From an uncultured Armatimonadetes bacterium (lineage in GTDB: Bacteria > Armatimonadota > Hebobacteria > Hebobacterales > Hebobacteraceae): DNA of 64,000 nucleotides. The stretch covers positions 5,591-69,590 of the forward strand of contig OY970296.1 in assembly GCA_963716175.1 (NCBI GenBank), written 5' to 3'. This document shows, piece after piece, positions 9,773-19,589 of this stretch; position 1 is the stretch's first letter, and each line of letters opens with the position of its first letter. Under the pieces are notes generated by a model. That model was not told the origin of the DNA. It saw only the letters and a program-made list of their open reading frames with translations, and searched no databases. Both the position numbers and the translations under genes were made by a program.

Positions 9773-10444
9773 GGGAAGCCGAACCATAAGCCGAAGGCCG
9801 TTGTCCGCATCCTCATCGCCGATGCCTACCCATTCTTCCGGCGCGGTCTTCGTACGTTCCTGGAGGATATGCCAGAGTTCACCGTCACAGGAGAGACCGG
9901 CGACGCGGAGGAACTGCTTCGTCTCTGCCAAGCGCACCAACCTGGCGTCGTTCTGCTGGCTCTTGATCTACCCGGGTTCGACGGTAGTGTTCCCGTGGGC
10001 CTTCTGCGCGATCGCGCGCCAAAGGCCAAGTACGTAGCTCTGGCCACTCCGGATAACGAAGAAGTCCTGGCCGCCTGTGTGGACGGCGGCCTCGACGGCT
10101 GCGTCATGAAGAATGCCGACCCTCCCACCATTCTGAGCGCCATCCGAGCTGTCAGCACTGGCGCGACCTGGTTCCAGCGCGAGTTGAGTGGTGAACTCTT
10201 CCAGGAACTCCGCAAGACGCGCAGTTCCGCACGCCAACGCGTCACTGCCGCCCTCAGCGAGCGAGAGAGCGAGGTGCTCTCCCTGCTGGCTGAAGGGCTT
10301 CGCAACGCCCAGATTGCCAAGCGTCTCTTCATCAGCGAGCGCACCGTGAAGGTGCATGTCTCCAAGATCTTCAGCAAACTGCAACTGCGGGATCGCGTGC
10401 AGGCAACCCGCTACGCGATTCGCACAGGCATGGTGCGTCCCTGA
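9773..10444 (+). CDS. LuxR/NarL-family two-component response regulator (REC + LuxR HTH)
   Basis: The receiver domain reads RILIADAYPFFRRGL...LALDLPGFDG. The C-terminus reads LSERESEVLSLLAEGLRNAQIAKRLFISERTVKVHVSKIFSKL. Confidence 0.8.
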   Translation, partial: GKPNHKPKAVVRILIADAYPFFRRGLRTFLEDMPEFTVTGETGDAEELLRLCQAHQPGVVLLALDLPGFDGSVPVGLLRDRAPKAKYVALATPDNEEVLAACVDGGLDGCVMKNADPPTILSAIRAVSTGATWFQRELSGELFQELRKTRSSARQRVTAALSERESEVLSLLAEGLRNAQIAKRLFISERTVKVHVSKIFSKLQLRDRVQATRYAIRTGMVRP

Positions 10445-10541
10445 TCAGCGTGATCCGGCCAGCTTCGCCGACGCAGCCTTCCGCTCGACCGGCCCACGCC
10501 CGCCCGTCCACGGTGAAGGCGCTGTTGCTTTCCTGCCTGCT

Positions 10542-10973
10542 CTACCAGGGCAGCCCAGCCAAGGGGTAGTAGCGCAGGAAGTTCGACCAGTCCTCGCCTG
10601 CACTCACCACGTGGAGATTGTGGATGCATGCCCAGCTCAGATAGATGTTCACAGCCAGCAGCGGCGCAAGGCCAGAGAAGTGCCTGCGGGCTTCGATCCG
10701 CTCGACTAGTTTCAACATGACGAAGGCGAGTGACATCTTGATCGAGACTGCCAACACCGGCCATCGCATTACCCCTGACATGAAGCGATTGGCTTCATAC
10801 GCTGCGCCTGCAGCCAGTCCGTCGTAAGTGATGAGCAGATCGAAGGCGTTCAGCCACAGCCATACCGCCATCGCCACGACCATGGTCCAGCTCCTCAGAT
10901 CGAAGTCTGGCCGGTAGTAGCTGCATACCCTTCGCCATGCTTCCCGCGCCAAGGAGCGCTCATCCGCCCCCAT
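10542..10973 (-). CDS. hypothetical polytopic small membrane protein adjacent to tadC
   Basis: Three to four hydrophobic segments are present. No motif was recognised and the start is uncertain. Confidence 0.4.
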   Translation of the reverse strand: MGADERSLAREAWRRVCSYYRPDFDLRSWTMVVAMAVWLWLNAFDLLITYDGLAAGAAYEANRFMSGVMRWPVLAVSIKMSLAFVMLKLVERIEARRHFSGLAPLLAVNIYLSWACIHNLHVVSAGEDWSNFLRYYPLAGLPW

Positions 10974-10979
10974 CTCCGG

Positions 10980-11903
10980 CTACTTGCCGAGGACCCTGAA
11001 CAGATCGGCGAATCGGATCGCGGCCGGCCCCAGTATCACCACGAACAGCGCCGGGAAGATGAAGAAGACCAGTGGGAACAGCAGCTTCACCGGTAGCTTG
11101 GCCGCGGCCTCGCGTGCGCGCTCGGCTCGCCGCCTTCGCACCGCTTCCGCCTGAGTGCGCAGCACCTTGGCGATGCTCACGCCCATCGTCTCGGCCTGCT
11201 GAATCGCCGCCACAAACGACATCAGCTCCTGCACCTGTGTCCGTTGTCCCATATCTCGCAGGGCGTCTGCCCGCGATCGGCCCAGACGGACCTGCTCCAA
11301 CACTCGCCGGAGCTCGTCTGGCAGGGGGCCCCTGCTCCGTTGCACCACTCGCTGGATCGCGCCTTCCAGTCCAATCCCTGCCTCAACGCTGACCACGAGG
11401 AAATCGAGCGCGTCCGCGAGGGCCCGGCGAATGGCGGCTTGCCGGCCTTCGATGATGCGCTGGAGCACGATGTCCGGCAGCCAGATGCCGATCCCTATGA
11501 CTATCGCGAGCGCTGTCCCCCGCACTCCCCATGCCAGGTCCAGGTAAGCCAGCCCTATGATGCCGAGGGGGATCACCGCGGCGGCGGACAGCAGCTTGAG
11601 GCCGAGGTACTCGATGAGGTTCGGGAAGCGAGGATTGCCCGCCATGTCGAGCTTCGCGCGGACTTTGTCGGCCACACCCGCAGGCGTGAGCTTCCTCGCC
11701 GCCCTGCCGAGCGCAGCCAGAGCCGGGCTCGCGACTCGCTCCATGAACCCAGGCCTCAGGTCGGCGCGTACGGAGTCGGCTGCCTCCGGCGGCAGCAGGT
11801 AGTCCTCAATCCGCCCGGGCCTGGGCGCGACGCGGGCAGGGAGAATGCTTGCCACCAACAGCGATGCCGCCACAAACGCCAGCGCGCTGATAAGAAGTAT
11901 CAT
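10980..11903 (-). CDS. tadC: Flp pilus assembly membrane protein TadC (T2SS F-family)
   Basis: The gene is GspF-like and lies downstream of tadB. Matching regions include ...AIQQAETMGVSIAKVLRTQAEAVR. Confidence 0.8.
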   Translation of the reverse strand: MILLISALAFVAASLLVASILPARVAPRPGRIEDYLLPPEAADSVRADLRPGFMERVASPALAALGRAARKLTPAGVADKVRAKLDMAGNPRFPNLIEYLGLKLLSAAAVIPLGIIGLAYLDLAWGVRGTALAIVIGIGIWLPDIVLQRIIEGRQAAIRRALADALDFLVVSVEAGIGLEGAIQRVVQRSRGPLPDELRRVLEQVRLGRSRADALRDMGQRTQVQELMSFVAAIQQAETMGVSIAKVLRTQAEAVRRRRAERAREAAAKLPVKLLFPLVFFIFPALFVVILGPAAIRFADLFRVLGK

Positions 11904-11921
11904 GCTCGTTCTCCTCTTCGC

Positions 11922-12875
11922 CTAGAAGTCAAACCGGAGCATCCGCCGAATCACGAGCCCTCCCATGATCTGCAATGCCGCGGCGCCGGCGATGAGCAGA
12001 TGCCCGAGAGTTGTCTGAAGGAGCGTAGCCATATAGGCCCGATTCAACGTAACCAGAATCACTGCCGCGCCCACCGGCACGAGGAACAGGACCACGCCAG
12101 ACAGCCGAGCTTCGGCTGTGAGAGTGTCCATCTCGCCGCGCAGGCGATGACGCTCCCGGACCGTGGCGGCAACGGTCTCCATCAGCTCGGCCAGGTTCCC
12201 TCCGACGTCCATCTGGATGAGAATGGCGGTTACCGCGATCTCCAGATCGGGCAGTGGCACTCGCTCCAGCAGGCGGCTGAGCGCACCCCCGACGGGGACA
12301 CCGACCCTGCTTTCGTCAAGCACCTCCTTGAACTCCGACGAAATGGGTGGGACCATTCCGTCGGCCACTGCCTGGATCGCGCGCAGGACGCCATAGCCAG
12401 AGCGGAGCGAGGTTGCGATCAGCATCAGCGCATCTGGAAGCTGGTGCTCGAACCTGCGGAGTCGTCGCGCCTCCAGTGCCTTGAGCGCGGCTGTGGGGAG
12501 CGCTACGCCCACAGCGATCGCCACCGCCGCCCCGAGCGCCTTGAAGACCAACCAGCCAGCGAGGGCGAGCGCCGCCACCAGCGCCAGACATGCGGCCGCG
12601 AACTCGCTGGGCCGCCAGTTCAGACCGGCGCGCTTCAGCTGTCGTTCAACAGAGCTGTACCGGCCGGCACGTTCCAGAAGGGAGGCTAGTTGGGGCAAGT
12701 GCTCTGCTCGCCCGTCCTGCTCTTCACGAAGCCGCTCTCCGTCGCCATCACGTTCGATCCTGCGAAGTCGGCGTCCGACGCGTCGCTCATCCGTGAACAG
12801 CACTCGAAGGATGATGCCCGTGAGCAGGGCAACAACGGCAGCTGCCAGGGCAGGAATGACCCAGAGGTTCATCAT
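11922..12875 (-). CDS. tadB: Flp pilus assembly membrane protein TadB (T2SS F-family)
   Basis: The sequence matches the GspF-like family, and the gene overlaps the cpaF stop by 4 nt (ATGA). Confidence 0.8.
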   Translation of the reverse strand: MMNLWVIPALAAAVVALLTGIILRVLFTDERRVGRRLRRIERDGDGERLREEQDGRAEHLPQLASLLERAGRYSSVERQLKRAGLNWRPSEFAAACLALVAALALAGWLVFKALGAAVAIAVGVALPTAALKALEARRLRRFEHQLPDALMLIATSLRSGYGVLRAIQAVADGMVPPISSEFKEVLDESRVGVPVGGALSRLLERVPLPDLEIAVTAILIQMDVGGNLAELMETVAATVRERHRLRGEMDTLTAEARLSGVVLFLVPVGAAVILVTLNRAYMATLLQTTLGHLLIAGAAALQIMGGLVIRRMLRFDF

Positions 12876-14227
12876 TTATCCCTCCGTGGGGCGAATGTGT
12901 CCGGCGAAAGATGCAATCCCTTGCTCTCCAGCAATCCAAGGAGCTTCGGACGCAGCCCGGTCGCCACGTGCTCACCCACTACCCTGCCTTCGGCGTCGAC
13001 GCCGTGCTGCCGGTAGACGAAGATGTCTTGGAGCACGATCACATCGCCCTCCATTCCCTGGATCTCCGAGACATGTGTGACCTTGCGCGTGCCATCGCTG
13101 AACCGGTGCTGATGGACGATGAGGTGCATCGCAGATGCAATCTGCTCTCGGATTGCCCGCGCCGGCAGGTCCATGCCAGCCATCAGCACCATCGTTTCCA
13201 ATCGTGCCAGAGTGTCCCGCGGGCCGTTGGTGTGAGCGGTGCTCAGCGAGCCGTCGTGGCCCGTGTTCATCGCCTGCAGCATGTCCAGCGCCTCGCCGCC
13301 GCGCACTTCACCGACGATGATGCGATCGGGCCGCATGCGCAGAGAGTTGCGCACCAGCATGCGGATGGTGATCTCACCTTCACCCTCGAGGTTCTGCGGC
13401 CGGCTCTCCAGAGTCACCACGTGCTCCTGCTGCAGCTGCAGCTCCGCCGCGTCCTCGATGGTGACGATGCGCTCGCTGTTCGGAATGAAGGAAGACAGGA
13501 CGTTGAGCGTGGTCGTCTTGCCGCTGCCCGTGCCGCCCGAGATGATGAGGTTCAGCCGTCCCGTTACGCATGCCCTGAGGAAGGCCATCGTCGCCGGGGT
13601 CATCGTGCCGAAGCTCAACAGGTCGTCGGCCGTGAACGGCACGCGAGAGAACTTGCGGATGTTGATGCAGGGCCCCACCAGAGACAGCGGCGGGATGATC
13701 GCATTCACGCGCGACCCGTCGGGCAAACGGGCGTCGACCATCGGGCTCGCCTCGTCGATGCGCCTGCCAATGGGGCTGACGATGCGGTCGATGACGTGGA
13801 GTACGTGGGCGTCGTCGCGGAACTGGACATCTGTCAAGAACAGCTTGCCGTCGCGCTCGACATAGACCTGATGCGGGCCGTTGACCATGATCTCGGTCAG
13901 GGTGGCGTCTTCGACGAGCGGCTGGATCGGGCCGTAGCCTGTCACTTCGTCATAGACTTCTCGCAGCACGCGGATGCGCGCACTGGTCGGCAATGCGGGT
14001 GTCTCTTGCCGGCTGACCTTGTCAAACGCCGCCCGGATCGCCTCCATCATCTGGTCCCGCGGGAGCGCCGCCAGTTTCCTCAGCTCCACGTCTTCCAGGA
14101 GCGAGGCGTGGACGCGGGCGACCAGCTCGAGGCGCTGCTCCTGCGCAGGCCATCCGCCCGCTGCTGTTTCAGACGCCGCCTCCGAAGGGCGGGTCCCTTG
14201 ATGCTCTCTGGTCAATGCGCACATCAT
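12872..14227 (-). CDS. cpaF: Tad secretion ATPase CpaF/TadA
   Basis: The Walker A reads GGTGSGKTTTLN, and VirB11-like His and Asp boxes are present. The chosen start is ATGATG at 14227, which has an AGGAGG RBS and overlaps the cpaE stop (TAATG). The upstream 143-aa Arg/Pro-rich ORF extension is rejected. Confidence 0.85.
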   Translation of the reverse strand: MMCALTREHQGTRPSEAASETAAGGWPAQEQRLELVARVHASLLEDVELRKLAALPRDQMMEAIRAAFDKVSRQETPALPTSARIRVLREVYDEVTGYGPIQPLVEDATLTEIMVNGPHQVYVERDGKLFLTDVQFRDDAHVLHVIDRIVSPIGRRIDEASPMVDARLPDGSRVNAIIPPLSLVGPCINIRKFSRVPFTADDLLSFGTMTPATMAFLRACVTGRLNLIISGGTGSGKTTTLNVLSSFIPNSERIVTIEDAAELQLQQEHVVTLESRPQNLEGEGEITIRMLVRNSLRMRPDRIIVGEVRGGEALDMLQAMNTGHDGSLSTAHTNGPRDTLARLETMVLMAGMDLPARAIREQIASAMHLIVHQHRFSDGTRKVTHVSEIQGMEGDVIVLQDIFVYRQHGVDAEGRVVGEHVATGLRPKLLGLLESKGLHLSPDTFAPRRDK

Positions 14228-15486
14228 TAGCCTCCTGGCCGGGTCGCTTGAGACAACACCGGATCGGCCGGCCGTGTCTGGGGGAACAGCTCTCGCGCCA
14301 ACGCGCCAGTTCCCTCCTGTCCGATCCGAGTCAGCTTGTCCGCCAGCGTCTCGATGCTGCGGGAGATGGCTGCCTCCGGGTGGCTGGTAACAAAGGGCAG
14401 ACCTCCATTGATCGAGTTCACTGCCAGCCCGGTGGCGTTCGGAATGGTGGCCGCCGCCGCTCGCCCGACGGCGGTCTCGATCTCCTCTGCCCGTAGACGA
14501 TTGCTGCGGGCCATCCGATTCAGCACCAAATGAACTCGCTCTCCGGGTACGTAGTCCCGGATGAGGAGATGGTAGAGCCGGCGGGTGTCGTTGAGTGTCG
14601 TCAGGTCGTAGAGGTTCGCTACGAGGGCCACCGCCGTCGCATGCCTCAGCGCACATGTGGTGGTCTCATACAGCATCGGTGGCACATCCAGAACGATGAA
14701 GCGGTAGTTGCGCTTCAGAATGCGAAGCACGGCCCGCAGGAATGCCGAGCTGATCATACTCAGGTCGGTGGGGGTGTTAGCGCCCACCAGCACCTTGAGC
14801 CCCGATCCGTGGGGCGTCAGGTGCGCCTCCACTAGGTCGTGATCGATCTCGTCCTCCATGGGGACCATGTCCACCAGTGCTCGTTGCGGGTGTAGGTTCA
14901 GCATGAGGGCGACATCGCCAAACTGGCAGTAGAGGTCCACCAGCACGGTCTGCCCTGGGTGCCGGCGGGCCAGCACGACGCTCAGGTTCACTGCCAGCGT
15001 CGTCTTGCCGACCCCGCCCTTTGCTCCCGCAATCGCGATGACGCGAGGAACCAGATCCGGATCCATCAGCGCCTGGAACTCACGCGTATCGCGCTTCTCT
15101 CGGGCGCGTCGGACCACCTGGAGCGCCTCCAGCAGCTCTGCTGGTTCGACCGGCTTGCTCAGGATGTCGTTCACCCCCGCCCGGATAGCCCGTCGCCACA
15201 AGAGATCCGGGTCTTGGGCGGTCAGCAGCACCGTGGCCACCTGGGGCGCCGCGAGCGAGATTGCCGCAGCCGCCGAAAGGCCGTCCATCTCTGCCAAGTG
15301 CTCGTCCAGCAGGACCAGATCCGGGAGCAGCTGGGTCGCCATGCGTGCGGCCTCGAACCCGTCCTGGGCCAGACCGACAACCTCTACGTCTTCTTTCTGG
15401 CCCAGGGTGTCGAGTATCCGCTCGCCGTCCAGCCCATCGCCAGCGGCCACGACAATGCGGACGCTCTGGTTACCGCCATCGGCCAT
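14227..15486 (-). CDS. cpaE: CpaE/TadZ: N-terminal REC-like domain fused to a MinD/ParA-type ATPase
   Basis: The deviant Walker A reads AGAKGGVGKTTLAVNL. The N-terminal receiver-like region reads RIVVAAGDGLDGERI...VLLDEHL. The start overlaps the cpaC stop. Confidence 0.8.
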   Translation of the reverse strand: MADGGNQSVRIVVAAGDGLDGERILDTLGQKEDVEVVGLAQDGFEAARMATQLLPDLVLLDEHLAEMDGLSAAAAISLAAPQVATVLLTAQDPDLLWRRAIRAGVNDILSKPVEPAELLEALQVVRRAREKRDTREFQALMDPDLVPRVIAIAGAKGGVGKTTLAVNLSVVLARRHPGQTVLVDLYCQFGDVALMLNLHPQRALVDMVPMEDEIDHDLVEAHLTPHGSGLKVLVGANTPTDLSMISSAFLRAVLRILKRNYRFIVLDVPPMLYETTTCALRHATAVALVANLYDLTTLNDTRRLYHLLIRDYVPGERVHLVLNRMARSNRLRAEEIETAVGRAAAATIPNATGLAVNSINGGLPFVTSHPEAAISRSIETLADKLTRIGQEGTGALARELFPQTRPADPVLSQATRPGG

Positions 15487-17063
15487 TACGGGTTCTCCCC
15501 AGCCGTCTTCAGGGCAGCATCCGTGTGGGCCGCCGCAGACGCCTCGGTCAGGATCTCGGGTGTCACCAGGATCACGAGCTCGGTGTCCCGCCGCTGCCTG
15601 TCCGTGCGCTTGAACAGCTCGCCCAGGATGGGCAGCTGGCCCAGAAGAGGGATCGCGTGCACATTCTTCGTCAACTCGGTCTGGTAGAGCCCGCCGATCA
15701 CCAGCGTCTGTCTGTCATTCATATGCAGTGTAGTCTGGGCCCTTCGGACGCGCAGCGCCGGCAGCACGATGTTGCTCACGACGATCGCGTTGCCGAAGTC
15801 AAGGCTGCTCACCTCTGGGGAGACATTCAGGTCAATGCTCTTGCCATCTCGGCTCACGATGCCCTGGATTGCCAGCCTGACGCCGAACTCTTTCCACTCA
15901 ACTGTGATGGCCCCCGCAGCGCCGGCGGCCGCTCCCGTCGCTGTCTGCACGACCGGTATGGGAATCTCGCCGCCCACCAGGATGCTGGCCATCTTGCCTT
16001 CCGTGACCAGCAGGTTAGGCTCGGCGAGAATACGGGCTCTGTTCGTGGTTTCGAGGAGCTTCAACTGGGCGCTCAGTCCCTCCAGGCGCTGGATGGGACC
16101 GCCCTGGTTCACGCCCACCGGCCCGGTGAACGCTTCCCCGAACAGGATGGGCTGATCGTGGGCCGTCCGGGTGACCTGACCGGCTTCCGTTTCCCCGGAA
16201 GTGAGACCGCCCCAGGTCACGCCGATCTCGCCCAGGGCGGACCGGTTGATGTCAACCACCTTGACGTGAACCAGGATCTGACGCGGCTCGTAGCTGGGCG
16301 CCAAGACGGTGTCGACTACCCCAATCTGGCTTCCCAGCCCGCGGATGATCTGATCGAGGCGTGCCTTTTGCTCCGGCGATGCCGTGCCCTCAAAGAGCAG
16401 TACTCGGTCACTGAGGGCACTTACCTTGATCCCCGGGCCCACCGCTGCCTGGATGGCGGCGACATCCAGCGTCGGCCCCTGTGCAGCGGAGCGCGCCCTG
16501 ATGAGATTGCTGACGCGGGGTGCATAGGCCGCGGCAATCGCTCCTGCCCGGTCGGCCTCGACCGTCGTATCTACGTCCCCCTCAAGCAGGATGATGCCGT
16601 TGTGCTCGCTCACCCGGATTCCGGTACGACCAATGGCATCCCTGATCTTGCTGACGGTGTCGGCCATCACCGAGGGCGTGGCAGTGACCACTACCCGGAA
16701 CTGGTGCTGGCCCTTGTCGTCCCAGACGTAGAAGTCCGTGGCGCCAGGCGCCTTACCGGTCAGCATGATCTGCCTGACCGTCAGCACGACGTAGTCCGCC
16801 ACGCTTGGGTCGGACACCGCCGCGCGCTTGATGTTCTGGAAGTCCATGATCCTCGAGCCTCCGACCGACACCGACGTGGCAGCCCCAGCCTGCTCGGCCC
16901 CGGCGCTGCCTATCATGGCTACCAGCAGAGCCGCCACTATCGTCGCCAGCGCGGCATATCGTCTCGCCTTCTCTCCGACAGAGAACTTGGTCTTCATCTC
17001 ACTCATGTCGGCAATCCCTGTGGGGTTTGCCTTCCTCCTGTTCAGGTTGTGCGTGGTGTCCAC
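15486..17063 (-). CDS. cpaC: secretin CpaC/RcpA
   Basis: The secretin C-domain reads NLLVTEGKMASILVGGEIPIPV..., with an N-terminal signal and BON-like region. The start is GTG at 17063. Confidence 0.8.
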   Translation of the reverse strand: MDTTHNLNRRKANPTGIADMSEMKTKFSVGEKARRYAALATIVAALLVAMIGSAGAEQAGAATSVSVGGSRIMDFQNIKRAAVSDPSVADYVVLTVRQIMLTGKAPGATDFYVWDDKGQHQFRVVVTATPSVMADTVSKIRDAIGRTGIRVSEHNGIILLEGDVDTTVEADRAGAIAAAYAPRVSNLIRARSAAQGPTLDVAAIQAAVGPGIKVSALSDRVLLFEGTASPEQKARLDQIIRGLGSQIGVVDTVLAPSYEPRQILVHVKVVDINRSALGEIGVTWGGLTSGETEAGQVTRTAHDQPILFGEAFTGPVGVNQGGPIQRLEGLSAQLKLLETTNRARILAEPNLLVTEGKMASILVGGEIPIPVVQTATGAAAGAAGAITVEWKEFGVRLAIQGIVSRDGKSIDLNVSPEVSSLDFGNAIVVSNIVLPALRVRRAQTTLHMNDRQTLVIGGLYQTELTKNVHAIPLLGQLPILGELFKRTDRQRRDTELVILVTPEILTEASAAAHTDAALKTAGENP

Positions 17064-17087
17064 TTCGCCCCGCGGCTCGCGGGGTGC

Positions 17088-17966
17088 CTACTCAGGGCTA
17101 ACCGAGACCGTGGACTTCGCAGTCCCGCGAATCGTCTCGACGCTGTCCACCCTCGGCCGGACATTGGGAGTTGGAGACGAGCGGCGAGTGTCGGATGCGC
17201 GGCGAATCACGTCGTTCCTCGGTGCCGCCCTTGTACCGGCCAACGTGCCACTGGAGACACCGTTCAACCACAGCTTCGCGCTGTCCCCGGAGCGTCGCAG
17301 GGCCAGCCGCAGCTTCCCCTTGGACTCCGCCAGGGTCAGCCTCTCGGCGTCCTCGGGCCTCACCGCCAGGGTGGCGTTGGGCTGCTCCTTCGGACGCGCC
17401 GCCCGCTCCCCCAAGGGCTTGCCCACCTCCTCCGGCACAACCTCAGGCCCGATCGCGAGCAGCTCAACATCCTGAAGCACGGTCCTCGTCACCGCGGTGC
17501 CGCTCATCCCGTCCAGGTCGAATGTGGCCAGCACATCAACGTGGTCGCCGGCCTTCAGGAATCCGGCGACGCCGATGACGGAGTCCAGTGCCACCGTGAC
17601 CGCCCGCATACCATCGGGCACCACATAGGCAAGCCCCAGCGAGGCCGTCTGCGGCGCGATCGCCGCCCGGCGCACCGGCTCATCTGTCGCCAGTGGGACG
17701 AGGGTCACCCGGCCCACCACCTCTTGCACCGAGCCGGCGCAGTTCGCGGGCACAGCAGCCGCTGGCCTGGTGGTCTCACTCACCATCCCCGGCTCGATCA
17801 CTGTCCGTGCAGGCAGCTCCCGCGTCGCCACCACCACCGACACTGGCATCGTCATCGCGGCGGCCTGCGACTGCTCCCTATTCAGGAACAGGTAGGACAG
17901 CAGAGCAGCCAGCGCCCCAGCGCAGAGGGCTGCGAGTGCCATTGCTCGTCCTGTAAGTCGGAACAT
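17088..17966 (-). CDS. cpaB: Flp pilus assembly protein CpaB/RcpC
   Basis: An N-terminal TM anchor and a SAF-like domain are present. A strong GGAAGGAGG RBS precedes the start. Confidence 0.8.
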   Translation of the reverse strand: MFRLTGRAMALAALCAGALAALLSYLFLNREQSQAAAMTMPVSVVVATRELPARTVIEPGMVSETTRPAAAVPANCAGSVQEVVGRVTLVPLATDEPVRRAAIAPQTASLGLAYVVPDGMRAVTVALDSVIGVAGFLKAGDHVDVLATFDLDGMSGTAVTRTVLQDVELLAIGPEVVPEEVGKPLGERAARPKEQPNATLAVRPEDAERLTLAESKGKLRLALRRSGDSAKLWLNGVSSGTLAGTRAAPRNDVIRRASDTRRSSPTPNVRPRVDSVETIRGTAKSTVSVSPE

Positions 17967-18211
17967 AAGGTACCTCCTTCCAAATCTGTTCGCCCAACCG
18001 CCTACTCGACAAGGCGGAACATCACGACCCCGGGATTGGACCTGAACCGTCCGACGCCTGGGGACGGTGCAATCAATGAACAGTCTTTGGCCGCTAGGAC
18101 CGCCGACATTGACTCAGCTCTCGGGGACCGAGCGGGAGCGTGATGCACGATCTCGCGACGGTCCGGGCGACTCCCAATCACGCGCTTAGAGGTCATTACC
18201 TGCGCCCTCGT

Positions 18212-18724
18212 CTACTCTCTCCGCATTACGGCGTCGGCTCTTTGGGGAAGCCGGTCTCCCTGCGCTCCAGTGAGCCAAGAGAAGAAACTCCCGGTGATCA
18301 GGTGGTGCGGCCAGTTCACGGTGACCTTGATAAGGCTGCCCACAGGAGCGTTGTTCGCCTTGCCGCCGCCCGCGTCACCGAGGGAATAGGGATAGGTCTG
18401 TCCCTGATCCGTTGAGTACTTCAGGGTCGTCGCAAGCTCATTGTGGTTGGGCAGAGACCCACCGACGTTCAGAACGCGCTGCTTGATTTCCGCCACCGGC
18501 CTGCCCACAGATGCTTGGCGCGACCCCTCGCGCGCCATCTGTAGCAGAGTCAGCTGGTGCAGCATCACCACGCCGGACTCAAGGATCCCGAGGAGAAGTA
18601 GGAGCAGTAGGGGCATCACCAGCGCCATCTCCACCAGCGCCGCGCCCCGCGCTACCCCACGCCGGCACCTCGTCTGCCCGAAACTCACACTCTGCTTCCT
18701 GTAACTCGCGCGGCGGTTCTTCAT
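18212..18724 (-). CDS. tadE: TadE-like minor pilin/pseudopilin
   Basis: The TadE motif reads GAALVEMALVMPLLLLLLLGILESG. Confidence 0.7.
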   Translation of the reverse strand: MKNRRASYRKQSVSFGQTRCRRGVARGAALVEMALVMPLLLLLLLGILESGVVMLHQLTLLQMAREGSRQASVGRPVAEIKQRVLNVGGSLPNHNELATTLKYSTDQGQTYPYSLGDAGGGKANNAPVGSLIKVTVNWPHHLITGSFFSWLTGAQGDRLPQRADAVMRRE

Positions 18725-18742
18725 CTCTTCCTCACCACCCCG

Positions 18743-19267
18743 TCACATCCCCAATGACACAGCTAAGACAGAACCCAAAGCAATCGCAATCGAGTAGGGG
18801 ATCTTGCCGGCTACTGACCCCGCCGGGATGGCCGTTGAGGTCCCGCCGGCACTCGAGAGCATGGTGGCGACCATCATGTTGACCGCCGTTTCCTTGATCG
18901 CCCTGCGCCGAAGCATGCCGACCACTGCCACCGCACCGCCGAACACCCCTGTCAACAGCATCGCCCAGACGGCAAAGTGGAATCCCTTGAGCGCGCCCAC
19001 TGCGATCAGGAGCTTGATGTCTCCGCCACCAAGGCTCGCAACTCTCGATAGCAGAAGCACTACGGCCAGCACTAATGCCATCCCAGACAGCCGATCCGCC
19101 ATACCCAGCAGGCCGCCCCCAGCCGCTCCCAGCGCAACACCTGCCGCGGCGACCGGCGCGGTAAGCCAGTTGCGGATCTTGCCCGTACGCAGATCGGTGA
19201 CAACTGCCACTGCCAGCATCGCAAGCATGACACTCGTCGCTACGATCTCTATCACTTGTCCATGCAT
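18743..19267 (-). CDS. cpaA: prepilin peptidase CpaA/TadV (A24 family)
   Basis: The gene encodes a multi-TM protein with the catalytic-Asp contexts VVTDLRTGKI and GGGDIKLL. Confidence 0.8.
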   Translation of the reverse strand: MHGQVIEIVATSVMLAMLAVAVVTDLRTGKIRNWLTAPVAAAGVALGAAGGGLLGMADRLSGMALVLAVVLLLSRVASLGGGDIKLLIAVGALKGFHFAVWAMLLTGVFGGAVAVVGMLRRRAIKETAVNMMVATMLSSAGGTSTAIPAGSVAGKIPYSIAIALGSVLAVSLGM

Positions 19268-19394
19268 CTAGCCGATATCCTTGCTCTCAGTAGATCCAGA
19301 AGGCGGGGCCCCGTTGGCAATCCTCTGCTCACATCAACAGTCGCAAGACGCCCCAGCCCGAACGAAGCCCCGCCTCCTTGACGATTTCCCGCGT

Positions 19395-19589
19395 TCACTG
19401 GGTGGGCTGGACCTGCCCGGCTCCCGAAGGAAGCTGCTTCTGCGCGTCGTCAAAAGTCCTGGCGACCTTCTGTCCCAGCGCGGTCACCACCAGGATAGCG
19501 ACGATGGCGATCAGCGCCAGCATCAGCGCATACTCGACCATAGTCGCTCCCTCTTCGTCGCACCACAGCATCTTGATCCTCTGCAGCAT
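19395..19589 (-). CDS. flp: Flp pilin precursor
   Basis: The 64-aa product is MLQRIKMLWCDEEGATMVEYALMLALIAIVAILVVTALGQKV..., with the Flp processing motif G/ATMVEY. An AAAGGAG RBS precedes it. Confidence 0.8.
   Translation of the reverse strand: MLQRIKMLWCDEEGATMVEYALMLALIAIVAILVVTALGQKVARTFDDAQKQLPSGAGQVQPTQ

Noticed and set aside
14228-14656. 143-codon N-terminal extension of the cpaF ORF
   Set aside because: It is Arg/Pro/Gly-rich low-complexity translation typical of high-GC read-through. An internal ATGATG with an AGGAGG RBS overlaps the cpaE stop, and a CpaF of canonical length starts there.
15261-18143. 960-aa plus-strand ORF and many other long ORFs (e.g. 131-781 -, 258-722 +, 12911-14230 +, 21679-23973 -, 34400-36637 both strands, 19874-21214 -)
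   Set aside because: These are shadow ORFs opposite or overlapping well-supported genes (cpaB, cpaC and others). Their composition is Arg/Pro/Gly-biased with no motifs, as expected for non-coding frames in 65% GC DNA.
19268-19394. Possible attenuator hairpin between flp and cpaA (GGCGGGGC...GCCCCGCC)
   Set aside because: The arms are about 50 nt apart with no compact stem, so it is not convincing as a terminator.
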